NCBI GenBank assembly: GCA_024277525.1 | Contig: JAJRUZ010000008.1 | Location: forward strand, 20,091 to 84,090 | Direction of reading: 5' to 3' | DNA: 64,000 nt | Source: a candidate division WOR-3 bacterium | GTDB taxonomy: Bacteria; Hydrothermota; Hydrothermia; Hydrothermales; JAJRUZ01 | Part shown: in pieces, positions 29,665 through 39,979 of the stretch | Position numbering within the stretch: position 1 is the first letter of the stretch | Layout of the letters: each line of letters begins with the position of its first letter | Program-made: the position numbers and the translations under genes | Notes under the pieces: generated by a model | Seen by the model: only the letters and a program-made list of their open reading frames with translations | Told to the model about the DNA's origin: nothing | The model's database searches: none

Positions 29665-30710
29665 AGATTTTTTAACTCTTCCTGTTTCTGGTAAGGGAAT
29701 TTTTCGAATATTCTTATGAGAATTAAGCCTGTTATGATTATTAAGGCAAAAATTGTATAGGAAATCCAGAATTCCACCCTGTAAATAAATACTGAAAACA
29801 TTCCACCCAAAAATCCCAGAAAATACATTAAAAGAACCGTTGTTTTCTGGCTTAAGGAAAGATTGTATAATCTGTGATGCACATGGTCTTTTCCGGGATG
29901 TAAAAAGGGAATTAGTCCTCTTTTTGCTCTTGAAATTGTTATTAAACTTGTGTCAAATATCGGAACAATAAGTATTAAAATCGGTATCATCCATCGTGTC
30001 AAAACAGGTAAAGTTTCCGAATTTGCAACTCTTAATCCAAGGGCAGCAAGTAAAAATCCCAGAAATATTGCTCCTGAATCTCCGAGAAAGATTTTTGCAG
30101 GATGAAAATTATAAATAAGGAATCCAAGGGAGGCTCCCATGAGTGCAAGGGAAAGGGTTATAAGAATAATATCTCCTGTTTTTAATCCGAAAACAAAATA
30201 AAAGGTTGAAGCAATCACTGCAATACCTGAAGAAAGTCCATCCATTCCGTCAAGAAGGTTATATGCAGCGGTTATTCCAACAACCCAGAAAATTGTGAAT
30301 AAGTAATTTAAAATTGAAACATTAAAAATTTTTAAATGAAGGTTAAAAAATATCAAAATTAATCCTGCAATGGGCATACCCACCATCAATTTTATCTGGG
30401 GATGAATTTTCCCCATATCATCAAAAAGTCCTATCACAAGAAGCATAACAGCACATCCGAAAATAACAAAGAGTTCTTTATTGAAAGGATTATGAAAAAA
30501 CAAAGGAAAAATACCCGCAATAACACCAAAAAATACAGCAACACTGCCGAGGAGGGGAATGGGAGTTTTGTGGATTTTTCGGGGATTGTCAGGATGGTCA
30601 TAGATTTTGAAATGGATGGCAATACTTTTTACCACAGGAACAAGAATTAAACTTGTCAGAAAAGACAGAATAAGAGAAATCATATTCATATTCATATTTA
30701 TATTATTCAA
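29658..30710 (-). CDS. wecA: UDP-HexNAc:undecaprenyl-phosphate HexNAc-1-P transferase (WecA/MraY-type polyprenyl-phosphate glycosyl-1-P transferase).
   Basis: 350 aa with 10-11 TM helices and MraY/WecA loop motifs (DDMGKIHP, NLLDGMDGL). Confidence 0.7.
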   Translation of the reverse strand: MNNINMNMNMISLILSFLTSLILVPVVKSIAIHFKIYDHPDNPRKIHKTPIPLLGSVAVFFGVIAGIFPLFFHNPFNKELFVIFGCAVMLLVIGLFDDMGKIHPQIKLMVGMPIAGLILIFFNLHLKIFNVSILNYLFTIFWVVGITAAYNLLDGMDGLSSGIAVIASTFYFVFGLKTGDIILITLSLALMGASLGFLIYNFHPAKIFLGDSGAIFLGFLLAALGLRVANSETLPVLTRWMIPILILIVPIFDTSLITISRAKRGLIPFLHPGKDHVHHRLYNLSLSQKTTVLLMYFLGFLGGMFSVFIYRVEFWISYTIFALIIITGLILIRIFEKFPYQKQEELKNLK

Positions 30711-31813
30711 TTCTTGGTAAAAAGTTTAAAAATTTTTTCATATTTTGAAATTACCTTTTCCCAACTATAAACCTTTTTCACTCTTTCAATTACCTTTTTT
30801 TCTATATCTTCTAAAAACTTCCCATTTTTTTCTAAATGTTCGATTTTTGATAATAAATCTTTTTCTTTCTTTGTAAAACTAAATCCACAATTTTCTATAA
30901 CTTCAAGATTATAAGGCACCTTCAGAACTATGGGACATTTCCCAGCAGCCATTGCCTCTAATAAGGCGGGATTTGTTCCCCCTGCTTCATGACCGTGTAT
31001 ATAACAATATGCATTTCTTAGGATTACTTTATAATCTTCTCCATACACAGCTCCCAGAAATTTAATTTTATGATTTGCCATTCTTTTAAGTTTGTTTTTA
31101 TATTCAATACTATGAGGTGTGTCCCCAATAATCACGAGTTTTTTCTCACCCTTATACTTAATGAATTCTCTAACCGTAATATGAGGGTTATTTTCAGGTT
31201 CAATACGACATACCTGAAGAAAATATTCTCTCGGCTTTAAACCATATTTTTTTAAAACTTCCAGATCTTTACCACTGGAATTATTATTTATATCTGCTCC
31301 ATAGGGAATATATACAGGTTCTTTTTTATATTTTCTTTTAAAATATTTTTTTACGGCTTTTGAATCAGCGATTATTATATGACAAAAAACGCTGGCTAAA
31401 GCCTCAGAAAGTCTCAAAAAGAAAGAGGCAATTTTTGACCACTTCGGTCTCTTCCATTCTATTCCGTCAACATTTATTATTATTTTTTTACCCAGCAATC
31501 GCGGAAGCCAGCATAAAAGAACAGGAGAAACACCCAGTAAAAGGAGCACTTTATTTTTAGAAAATGATGCATGGATAACTGATAAAAATGAAGTAGAAAC
31601 CTTTTCCAGAAATTTCACATTAATTGAAGGAAGCCATATTCTTTTGACTTCAGGGAAATATTTATCTTTTTCAGGATTTCGATACTTCTTAAGACCATAC
31701 ACTGTAAACTCATATCCTTTATCTTTTAAACCCAGAACAAGTTTATTTACAAATGTTTCAAACCCTCCGTAACTTACAAGAAACCCTCTTGAACCAATAA
31801 TGGCTATCTTCAT
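30707..31813 (-). CDS. Glycosyltransferase, GT-B fold (DUF1972-type N-terminus: IAIIGSRG...YGGFETFV).
   Basis: N-terminal motif characteristic of the DUF1972/GT1-like family; a GT-B C-terminal domain. Confidence 0.6.
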   Translation of the reverse strand: MKIAIIGSRGFLVSYGGFETFVNKLVLGLKDKGYEFTVYGLKKYRNPEKDKYFPEVKRIWLPSINVKFLEKVSTSFLSVIHASFSKNKVLLLLGVSPVLLCWLPRLLGKKIIINVDGIEWKRPKWSKIASFFLRLSEALASVFCHIIIADSKAVKKYFKRKYKKEPVYIPYGADINNNSSGKDLEVLKKYGLKPREYFLQVCRIEPENNPHITVREFIKYKGEKKLVIIGDTPHSIEYKNKLKRMANHKIKFLGAVYGEDYKVILRNAYCYIHGHEAGGTNPALLEAMAAGKCPIVLKVPYNLEVIENCGFSFTKKEKDLLSKIEHLEKNGKFLEDIEKKVIERVKKVYSWEKVISKYEKIFKLFTKN

Positions 31814-32991
31814 TTATTTCTCCTCTTATGCAATTTTATTGCTTTTTCATAAATTTCCATAAGCATTTTATAATTTTTTTCAGGAGTATACTTTTCTTCA
31901 TATTCTTTTCTCGCATTCCTCGCCATCCTTTCCCTTTCCTCAGGGTGATTCCATAACCACAAAACTTTTTCAGCAAGGTCTTTAGGATTTCCGGGTTCAA
32001 AAAGTAAACCTGTTTCACCATGTTTTACAAGGTATTTAAGTGAGCCAATTCTTGAGGCTATAACTGGTGTACCACATTGAAAAGCTTCAATTAAAGTCAG
32101 AGGGAATCCCTCATACCAAATAGAGGGCATAATTAGAACTTTTGCTTTTTTAATGATTTTTAATAAATTTACTTTTGATTTAAAACCCAAATATGATACA
32201 TTATGTGGTAAATAAGTTTTTATTTCTTCTGACAACGGACCACTTCCTACAATTTTTAAAGTGATGTTATTAATAAAAGAAAAAGCTTTTAATAACACTT
32301 TAATGCCCTTTTCTTCAGATATTCTACCAGAGAATACTATATAATTATCTTTCTTAAAGGAAGGAGTTATAGAATCATCTAAAAAATTAGGTTTTACAGT
32401 AATTTTAGAAGAAGGTATCCCAAATTCTATGAATTTTTCCTTAGCAAATTTTGATAGAACAATATAATAAGAGGGCAAAGCAAAATAATTATTTAATTTA
32501 ATCTTTCGTAGCATAGCATAAACAGGCAGCGATTTTAAATAGGAATTTTGAAAACATTTATGCAATAATGAAAAGTATTCATTTTTTTGTGGGCATAATT
32601 CACATACATGACCTTTTCTAAATAGAAAAGCACTGGAACAGAACAATCTGAAATCATGTAAAGTATGAACAAAAGGAACTTTTTTTTCTTTTAAAGCCTT
32701 ATAGATAGAGATAGAAAAAAATGGAAATAGATTATGAATATGAACTATATCAAATTTTTCTTTTTCAAGCAATTTTTTCAATTCTTGGTAGCTGTTTCTT
32801 GACCACGGAATATTTAACGCGAATCTAATTTTTTGTTTTAAATTCATATTCTCAATAAGGTCATTTTCTTTGTAAAACAGCTTTACATAATGTCCTTTGC
32901 TTGAAAGTAACCTCACTTCATTTTTCACCACAGTATCATCACCGCTTGGAGCACCTCTCCTGTGAAAGTTATGTATTACAAGAATTTTCAT
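31810..32991 (-). CDS. Glycosyltransferase family 4.
   Basis: GT-B C-terminus (EGFPLTLIEAFQCGTPVIAS). Confidence 0.7.
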   Translation of the reverse strand: MKILVIHNFHRRGAPSGDDTVVKNEVRLLSSKGHYVKLFYKENDLIENMNLKQKIRFALNIPWSRNSYQELKKLLEKEKFDIVHIHNLFPFFSISIYKALKEKKVPFVHTLHDFRLFCSSAFLFRKGHVCELCPQKNEYFSLLHKCFQNSYLKSLPVYAMLRKIKLNNYFALPSYYIVLSKFAKEKFIEFGIPSSKITVKPNFLDDSITPSFKKDNYIVFSGRISEEKGIKVLLKAFSFINNITLKIVGSGPLSEEIKTYLPHNVSYLGFKSKVNLLKIIKKAKVLIMPSIWYEGFPLTLIEAFQCGTPVIASRIGSLKYLVKHGETGLLFEPGNPKDLAEKVLWLWNHPEERERMARNARKEYEEKYTPEKNYKMLMEIYEKAIKLHKRRNK

Positions 32992-34088
32992 TTATCAATC
33001 AAAGTCTTTAAAAATCTCAATAAGGAAAGTTTAGAAATTCTACTTTTTTCATCTCTTTCTCTTCTATTCCAAAGGCTATCATCTAATAAAAGTTCCATTA
33101 AATATAATTTTAAGATGAATAAAATAATTTCATCAGAAATATTAAGACGGACCATTCCTAGGTAAATATTTATAAAGAAATAAAATTTCTTTAACTTACC
33201 CAAAAGGGTCTCAGGAGATACTTTATTAAAGAGACTCACATAAGTAAAAATTATATAAGCAAAAATATCCCATAAGGGCAATCCTTCTAACCTCGCATCT
33301 TCCCAATCAAATAAGAAGAGTTTAGATGTTTTTAAGTTTCTCACGAAATTCCAGGGTTTAAAATCATAATGCACAATCCCTAAAGGGATTAATATATTTT
33401 TATTTTCTTCCATTTCTTTTAAAAGTTTCTCTCTTTCCTTTTCATTCAAAAATTTTACTTTCTGAAGATTCTTTTCTATTTTCTTATATAAATAAGATTC
33501 ACCTAATTCCTTCATATCTGTCTTACTCAGAAAAAGCTCGGCTGAAATTTTCACAATTTCTTCATTAAGCTCATAATTTCTGAGTAATGAATACTTCTCA
33601 GGAGAAGTAAGAAAGATAAAGAAAAGTTTGTTGTTATATTCTCCATACTTTATCACTTCCGGAACCTCAAAGGAATTAAAATTCATTTTTTTTAATAAAT
33701 TTAAAATTTTTATTTCGGACTTAAGCAATTCACTCCCCTTTTTATCAAACGAAATTTTCATAAAACCAAAAACCTTATTATGGTTAATTATTTGAACTAC
33801 AGCTTTTTTTTCCGAAGGAAAATAAAGATTTATGTCATAAGAATTGTTTTTTATTTCTTTTTTAATAATTTCATCAATTAAAAAAACTTTCTCCTGTATT
33901 TCTTTTCTTAGATTAGATTTCAGATATCTTAACAGAGGCATAGAAATATAAAGGAACATTTTCTTTACTTTACTTTTCCAAGTAAAATCTCCATATAGTT
34001 TTAATCCCATTTTAAAAACATTAAAATTGCTAATGCTAAATAAATAGCAGGGATACGAATTGGAAGGCAAAGCAATTCTTTTTTTCAT
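32988..34088 (-). CDS. Protein-kinase-fold phosphotransferase (APH/choline-kinase-like).
   Basis: Catalytic-loop HYDFKPWN (HxDxxxxN) and metal-binding DWEDA. Confidence 0.5.
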   Translation of the reverse strand: MKKRIALPSNSYPCYLFSISNFNVFKMGLKLYGDFTWKSKVKKMFLYISMPLLRYLKSNLRKEIQEKVFLIDEIIKKEIKNNSYDINLYFPSEKKAVVQIINHNKVFGFMKISFDKKGSELLKSEIKILNLLKKMNFNSFEVPEVIKYGEYNNKLFFIFLTSPEKYSLLRNYELNEEIVKISAELFLSKTDMKELGESYLYKKIEKNLQKVKFLNEKEREKLLKEMEENKNILIPLGIVHYDFKPWNFVRNLKTSKLFLFDWEDARLEGLPLWDIFAYIIFTYVSLFNKVSPETLLGKLKKFYFFINIYLGMVRLNISDEIILFILKLYLMELLLDDSLWNRRERDEKSRISKLSLLRFLKTLIDK

Positions 34089-35317
34089 ATTAATCCAAGT
34101 TTTACATATATTTCTTTAATTTGTTTTCCTTTTACATCCCAGGTGTAATATTTTTTTATCCTCTCTATAGCACCCTTACTCAATTTCATCCTGAGGTTTT
34201 CATTCTCTACAAGACTTAAAATTGCTTTAGCAAGGTTCTTAACAGTATCTTCATAAGAAGTTATATCAACTTTAATACCACAGGTTTCATCTACCATTTC
34301 TCCTGGCCCTCCATAATTCAAGCATATCACAGGTAATCCACAACTCATGGCTTCCAAAATTACCATTCCTGCTCCTTCAAAACTGGGATACAAAAAAATA
34401 TGTGAAGAAGAATAAATTGACCAAAGAGACCTTCTATCCATCCATTTCAAAATGGTAACTTTTTCTTTTAATTTATTTTTTTCGATATATCTCAGAATAT
34501 TATTCTTTTCTTTCCCTTCTCCTACCAAAATAAATCTTAAATTTTTATCGCTCTCTTTTAAAGCAAGTCTGAATGCATCTAAAGCAACAAATATTCCTTT
34601 CCATTTTAAAAATCTTCCCACAAAAAGAAGTTTAATATTTTCTGAATCTCTTCTACTCTTATAGTCTATAGATTCTACAGCAATTGCAGGTATTATTTCA
34701 ATATATTTTTTTTTCACATATATTTTTCTGTAGCTCTCCTTATTAATAACTATAACCGCATCCGCTAATTTTTTAGTTATAATAAAAAAAGGATTTAAAC
34801 GAGAAAAATCACGAAATTTTATTTTTATTTTTTCAATGACCTTATCTAAATAATTCAGTAAGAATCGAGAAGGAACTTCTGGATGACTTCCAATAGGTCC
34901 CCATATAAATCTCAAATGTTTATATTTAAGTTTAAGAAGAGAGAGGTAACAAGGTGTATAGTCATTTACAAAAGTTACGTGATGTATTGCGGTTATATTT
35001 TCCAGATTTATTATTTTGGGTATTTTAAAAAGAGCATAGATCTGCCACAGGTGATAGTATAATCTTACCCCTTTTTGTTTTTTCTTCCAAAATCTTATAT
35101 ATTGGGGAAGATCTATATAAATAAAATTTATTCTTTTATTTGGGTAATTTTTTAAATAACTCTCAATTACAGTTCTGTTATTATCTCTTGTTATAACCCA
35201 AATTTCAGCAAATTCAGACATTTTCTTTGTCCAATTCCATCCCACCCCCGGTTCTGAGCCTTTGTTAGGTTCACAAGCATAAGCTACAACTAAAATTTTA
35301 TTTTTTTTGATTTTCAT
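34085..35317 (-). CDS. Glycosyltransferase family 4.
   Basis: GT-B with the C-terminal EGAGMVILEAMSCGLPVIC motif. Confidence 0.7.
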   Translation of the reverse strand: MKIKKNKILVVAYACEPNKGSEPGVGWNWTKKMSEFAEIWVITRDNNRTVIESYLKNYPNKRINFIYIDLPQYIRFWKKKQKGVRLYYHLWQIYALFKIPKIINLENITAIHHVTFVNDYTPCYLSLLKLKYKHLRFIWGPIGSHPEVPSRFLLNYLDKVIEKIKIKFRDFSRLNPFFIITKKLADAVIVINKESYRKIYVKKKYIEIIPAIAVESIDYKSRRDSENIKLLFVGRFLKWKGIFVALDAFRLALKESDKNLRFILVGEGKEKNNILRYIEKNKLKEKVTILKWMDRRSLWSIYSSSHIFLYPSFEGAGMVILEAMSCGLPVICLNYGGPGEMVDETCGIKVDITSYEDTVKNLAKAILSLVENENLRMKLSKGAIERIKKYYTWDVKGKQIKEIYVKLGLI

Positions 35318-36485
35318 TTATATAAAGTATTGAAAACACTAACGCTAATATAAACCAAAATATTCTCATTGTGAATAAACTCAACGTCACACCTCCAAGG
35401 AGAAGATTATAATAAGCTAATCTCACAGAATCCAAATTTTTTTTCTCTCTGGTAACAAGTTCCTTTAAAGGATAAAAGAAAAAAAATAATATTGCAAAAC
35501 CAAGAGGTAATCCCATAAAAGTTATAACCTCTAAATATAAATTATGCGGGATATAAAGCCCTTTTACTCAAATTTCTTCTCCACCTATCCCTATTCCTAA
35601 AGGGAACTGAAAAATTAATGTAAGATAGTATCTCCACAATATTGCTCGTGAATCCGCAAATATTTGTGCCTTTGATAATCGTTCCAAAATTAAATTAATT
35701 TGTTCTTTTGTAAAAGGAATGAACATTAATATCAAAATACCAGATAATAAAAACAGATTAATTAAAAAATATATATTTTTTTTTCTTAATTTCATTTTAA
35801 CATTAAAAAAAGACCTTGCACCAAAATAAATTATACTAAAAAATAAAATAATCAACCCTGTCCTGGAATATGTAAAAATAATAATCCCCGTGGTGAATGA
35901 TAACAGTATCAATCTCAAAATAAAAGACAATTCTTCAATATACAAAACCATAGAAAAAATTAATACCATATATAGAGCCAAATAGTTAGGATCAGAAAAA
36001 GATAAAATCAGTCTTTTTTTCCAGGGATTCCATTCGAATATTTCTAACTTAAAAAGAAAAGGTATAGCTAAAGTAGAGAAAAAACTATAAAGAAACCATT
36101 TTTGTATCTTGATAGGTGTAAGCATTCTCATTTTAACTAAAAATAAAATTTCAAAAAAAAGAAGCAATGAAATAAAAAATCTACCTGAATGAACCATAAG
36201 GCGGAAAAAAGAGTTGATATTGGAATAGAAATTCGAATGCATTAATAAAAGAAACATATTATAAATTACAAGAAAAGTAAAAAAAATAATAATTTTAAAT
36301 ATAATACCCCCAACGGGTATATACTTATACTTTTTATAATACACTAAAATAAAAACAAATATCAAGAAAAAAAGAGAAACAATGAAAACATCGCTAATTT
36401 TAAATATTAAAATATTAAATTCATCTCTTCTAAGGGGTAAAGTTAAAATAATAAAAAAAAGAGCAAAATTAATAATCTTTTTCAT
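35298..36485 (-). pseudogene. wzy: O-antigen polymerase/ligase-family (Wzy-like) membrane protein interrupted by a single in-frame TGA at 35568-35570.
   Basis: ORFs 35568..36485 and 35298..35516 are in the same frame, with 17 sense codons between them. Multiple TM helices; the IGIGGEE region is typical of Wzy_C. Confidence 0.5.
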
Positions 36486-37843
36486 GTAATTTTCTTTTTA
36501 ATATAGTGTAACAAAAAATTAAGTATTTTTTGTCTGGATTCACAGACAGAGTTCTTAAAAGTAGGCACTATTTTAAGTCCTTTTTCTTTATACAAATAAA
36601 TTTTATATAAATTTTGTAGTAAAACAATTCTATTTAGGGACAATTCTGGTTTTCTACTTATTATTATACTACTATCGCAATCTAAATAAAATGAAATGTC
36701 AGGTTTAGGAATGAATAGCAAATAAATATAATAAAGAAATTTTCTGGGAAGAGATATACGTACTCTTTCTCTATCAATTACTATATCTAAATAGTATCTA
36801 TCAAATACTACTAAACTTTCCCTTGAAAGAAGTGGTCGTATTTTAAAAATATACCCGATAGTGTATTCTAAAATATAATACAAAACCTTTATTAAACTCA
36901 TCACTTTACTATAAGGTTCTACCACATATGGATTACCACTATCTACAATTCTACTTTTGGGTAAAAAGAAATCTATTAAAAAAGTTAAAGCATCTGGTTT
37001 AAAATGGAAAACCTTTATATCTGAAAAATAAAAAAGTTTATTAGTTTTTATAAGTTCACTTATTAAAGTACTCTTACCCGAGCCATCTGGTCCATAAAGC
37101 GCTATAAAAATACCGTCTTTTTTTAGATAAAAAAACAACATCTGTAGATAATACATCACAAAATTAATAGCAAAAACAATTGGCTCTTCTAGTATTCTTT
37201 TCAAAAAAACAGAAAATATAATTTTTTTCCTTACCTTGTATAATCTTTCCAGCGTTGCTTTTTCTGTAGTTAGTTTGGGATTTAAAAATATTGCAATAAT
37301 AGTATTACTTAAATTTAAAGTAAATAATTTTGCAAGAGATTTTTTCAAAATGCTTTTATAAGGACTTTTCAATATAGAATTAAGTTTTCTTCCATATTTA
37401 TTTAATATTCTCTTCCCTTTACCCTTTATAAGTTCTTTTATAATTATAATAAGAAACTCGAGATCAGGAGGAGCTACACATACTCCATCTTTATTCACAA
37501 TTGCTTTAGTTAAATATTTTTCTGATTCAAAAAATTTTATTCCTTTAAAATCTAATGAATATATAAAATCAAATTTTAAAAAAACAAAACTATCATTCTT
37601 ATTTACAAAAAAGCCTACTCTTCTAACACCCGGGAGACTTTTGTACCTTATTAATTCCACTTTTCCGACTCTTTTAAGGGTTTTTATCAAAATCTCAATT
37701 GCTTTGTTTATATAAGCTCTTTTTATCAATAAATCAATATCTTTAGATTCTTCTAACTGTAAATACTCTTTGGTAACAATATAAGGTATTCCTTTATTTC
37801 TTAAAGTTACTAAACATTTTTTTATCAGGCAAAATTTATTCAT
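36482..37843 (-). CDS. Hypothetical two-domain protein with a C-terminal P-loop (ALYGPDGSGKST), kinase-like.
   Basis: Walker A motif; embedded in the glycan cluster. Confidence 0.35.
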   Translation of the reverse strand: MNKFCLIKKCLVTLRNKGIPYIVTKEYLQLEESKDIDLLIKRAYINKAIEILIKTLKRVGKVELIRYKSLPGVRRVGFFVNKNDSFVFLKFDFIYSLDFKGIKFFESEKYLTKAIVNKDGVCVAPPDLEFLIIIIKELIKGKGKRILNKYGRKLNSILKSPYKSILKKSLAKLFTLNLSNTIIAIFLNPKLTTEKATLERLYKVRKKIIFSVFLKRILEEPIVFAINFVMYYLQMLFFYLKKDGIFIALYGPDGSGKSTLISELIKTNKLFYFSDIKVFHFKPDALTFLIDFFLPKSRIVDSGNPYVVEPYSKVMSLIKVLYYILEYTIGYIFKIRPLLSRESLVVFDRYYLDIVIDRERVRISLPRKFLYYIYLLFIPKPDISFYLDCDSSIIISRKPELSLNRIVLLQNLYKIYLYKEKGLKIVPTFKNSVCESRQKILNFLLHYIKKKIT

Positions 37844-37853
37844 AAGGTTTAAA

Positions 37854-38981
37854 TCAAATTAAATCTTGCCCTATTTTCTCATATTCTTTATTCATTTTTT
37901 CGGCGATTTTATTCCATAAAAAATTCTTTTCTGCTAATCTCCAAGCAGCATCTCTCATTTTCAACCATTCCTTAAAATTAAGGGTCAATATTTGTCTTAA
38001 AGTATCCCTTAATGAATGTACATCTGTGGTAGTAACAAAACCTGCGTTATGATGCTGTATAACTCTCTTTGGGTCCAAGAAATCGGATACAATTACAGGG
38101 ATTCCAAAAGAAAGCGCCTCAAGGACACTTAAAGGAAGACCCTCAAATCTAGATGTATAAATAAAAAAGAAACTTCTTTTAAGAAATTCAATTTTTTCTG
38201 AACCATACATTTCTCCCATGATAAATATTTTTTCTTTTAAATTTAGATTATTAATCAAACATTTAATTATTTTTTCGTCATTTTTAGTAAAAAATGGACC
38301 AATAAGATATAAAGATATTAAAGGAACTTCCGCCATAGCTTTGATAAGTATGTCTAATCCCTTGTTAAATACATCTAATCTCCCTATAAAAGTTAAAATT
38401 TTAGATTCAAATATTTTCTTTTGCATCAGAATAGGTGAATTTTCAAAATAAATTGATTCTACTCCGTTAGGAATTATTGTTACTTTACTTTTTTTAATCC
38501 CAAATTTACAAATGTCAATAGCTTCTGCTAATGAAAGCGCACGTATTTTTATGGCTCTTTGGGTATAAAATTTGACAATAGGAATAACAATTTTCTTTTT
38601 ATATTTACTTTGTGCCAAAGCCTTAGCCCGAAGGGAACCATGTGGTGATATTAAATATTTGATTTTATATCTGTTTAATTTTAAAGCCAAAATCAAATTA
38701 TAAATGCTAAATATGCCATGAAGATGAAATATTACATTATTTTTAGTCTTTTTTAACTCCGAATCTATATTTTTTTTGAAATTTAAAATATGTGACGGGA
38801 ATATTTTACATTTTATACCCGTATCCAGTGTATATTCTCCGGGATTTTTACGCGAGGAAATACACCATACTTCTACATCAGAATATTGTAACTCATGTTT
38901 ACTTAGATAATAGACAGACTTCACCACTCCATTAGAACTTTCAGGTTTCGGCCTCCCAACGAGAAAATGTATAATTTTCAT
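37854..38981 (-). CDS. Glycosyltransferase family 4.
   Basis: GT-B C-terminus (FEGLPLSVLEALSFGIPVIVSD). Confidence 0.7.
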   Translation of the reverse strand: MKIIHFLVGRPKPESSNGVVKSVYYLSKHELQYSDVEVWCISSRKNPGEYTLDTGIKCKIFPSHILNFKKNIDSELKKTKNNVIFHLHGIFSIYNLILALKLNRYKIKYLISPHGSLRAKALAQSKYKKKIVIPIVKFYTQRAIKIRALSLAEAIDICKFGIKKSKVTIIPNGVESIYFENSPILMQKKIFESKILTFIGRLDVFNKGLDILIKAMAEVPLISLYLIGPFFTKNDEKIIKCLINNLNLKEKIFIMGEMYGSEKIEFLKRSFFFIYTSRFEGLPLSVLEALSFGIPVIVSDFLDPKRVIQHHNAGFVTTTDVHSLRDTLRQILTLNFKEWLKMRDAAWRLAEKNFLWNKIAEKMNKEYEKIGQDLI

Positions 38982-39979
38982 GCCTTTTTCTTAAATTTTT
39001 CCTTAATCTTAATACCAAAAAAAATCAAACGATACAAAAAAGTCAAAATATTTATTTTCCAATCACTATAATTTTTATAATTTCGTAAATAATATTTTCT
39101 ACTTTTTATAAAATATTTATATAAATTTTTTGAGGGTGGGGTATGTAGATGTAAAACCTCTACGGTAGGCAAGAAAATTATTCTTTTTCTTTTTCTCTTT
39201 ATCATTGATGAAATAATTGCTTCTTCACCATATAAAAACACATTTTCATCTAACAAACCAATTTCTTTAAAAAATCTTGTATCAAAAAACATACAACATC
39301 CTGCTATTCTTTCTACCTCTACTGGATTGTTCTTATCTGTTTTGATAACAAAATTAATCTTTTTAAAAGGAGATATTAAAAGTCTAATAATTTCTTCCCC
39401 AAAATTTGGCTGTCTCAAAGGGGATTGGTCTTTACCGTATTTATCAATCACTCTAGGTCCAATACAATAAGCCTCATCAAAAATTTCTTTCGTTTTAAAC
39501 ATTTCATAAATTAAATTTTTAGAAACGATTATCACATCAGGATTGAGTAATAATACACCTTGAGCATTAATAAGTACTGCATATCTTATTCCCACATTGT
39601 TCCCTCCAGAAAAACCCAAATTTTTACTTGTTTGAATTATAACCAATCTTCTATTAGAAGGATATTTTTTTAGAACCTTCTCAAGTTTACTTATACCCCC
39701 TTTCTCTGCAGTTTCTTTATCATATTCTACATAAAAAACTGGTTTTAAGTCTTTTCTGTATTCAACATATTCAGAATCAACTTTAATTTTCCCTTCAGCC
39801 CATTCTTTAATTTTTTCTACTGACTCATTGTTTGAACCATTGTCAACTACAATCATTTGGTAATTAGGATAATCAATTTGCTGAATTGACTCCAAACATC
39901 TAATACTATCTTGCCATTTTTTGTAATTTAGAACTATTATTGCAATTTTTGGATAATTATTCATTTCACATATAACCAA
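38978..39979 (-). CDS. Glycosyltransferase family 2.
   Basis: GT-A N-terminus (IAIIVLNYKKWQDSIRCLESI...MIVVDNGS). Confidence 0.75.
   Translation of the reverse strand: MVICEMNNYPKIAIIVLNYKKWQDSIRCLESIQQIDYPNYQMIVVDNGSNNESVEKIKEWAEGKIKVDSEYVEYRKDLKPVFYVEYDKETAEKGGISKLEKVLKKYPSNRRLVIIQTSKNLGFSGGNNVGIRYAVLINAQGVLLLNPDVIIVSKNLIYEMFKTKEIFDEAYCIGPRVIDKYGKDQSPLRQPNFGEEIIRLLISPFKKINFVIKTDKNNPVEVERIAGCCMFFDTRFFKEIGLLDENVFLYGEEAIISSMIKRKRKRIIFLPTVEVLHLHTPPSKNLYKYFIKSRKYYLRNYKNYSDWKINILTFLYRLIFFGIKIKEKFKKKA

Noticed and set aside
28135-29665. Possibility that the repeat arrays are CRISPR arrays
   Set aside because: The units are 9 bp and degenerate. There are no ~30-bp exact direct repeats with unique spacers, no leader and no cas genes.
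35568-35570. In-frame TGA and TAG (wzy, wzc) as evidence of stop-codon reassignment (a UGA- or UAG-recoding organism)
   Set aside because: TGA terminates rpsQ, rplN, rplX and rplR. TAG terminates the channel gene and hicB. TAA terminates rplE, rpsZ, rpsH and rplF. All three are ordinary stops, so these are nonsense mutations or sequencing errors.
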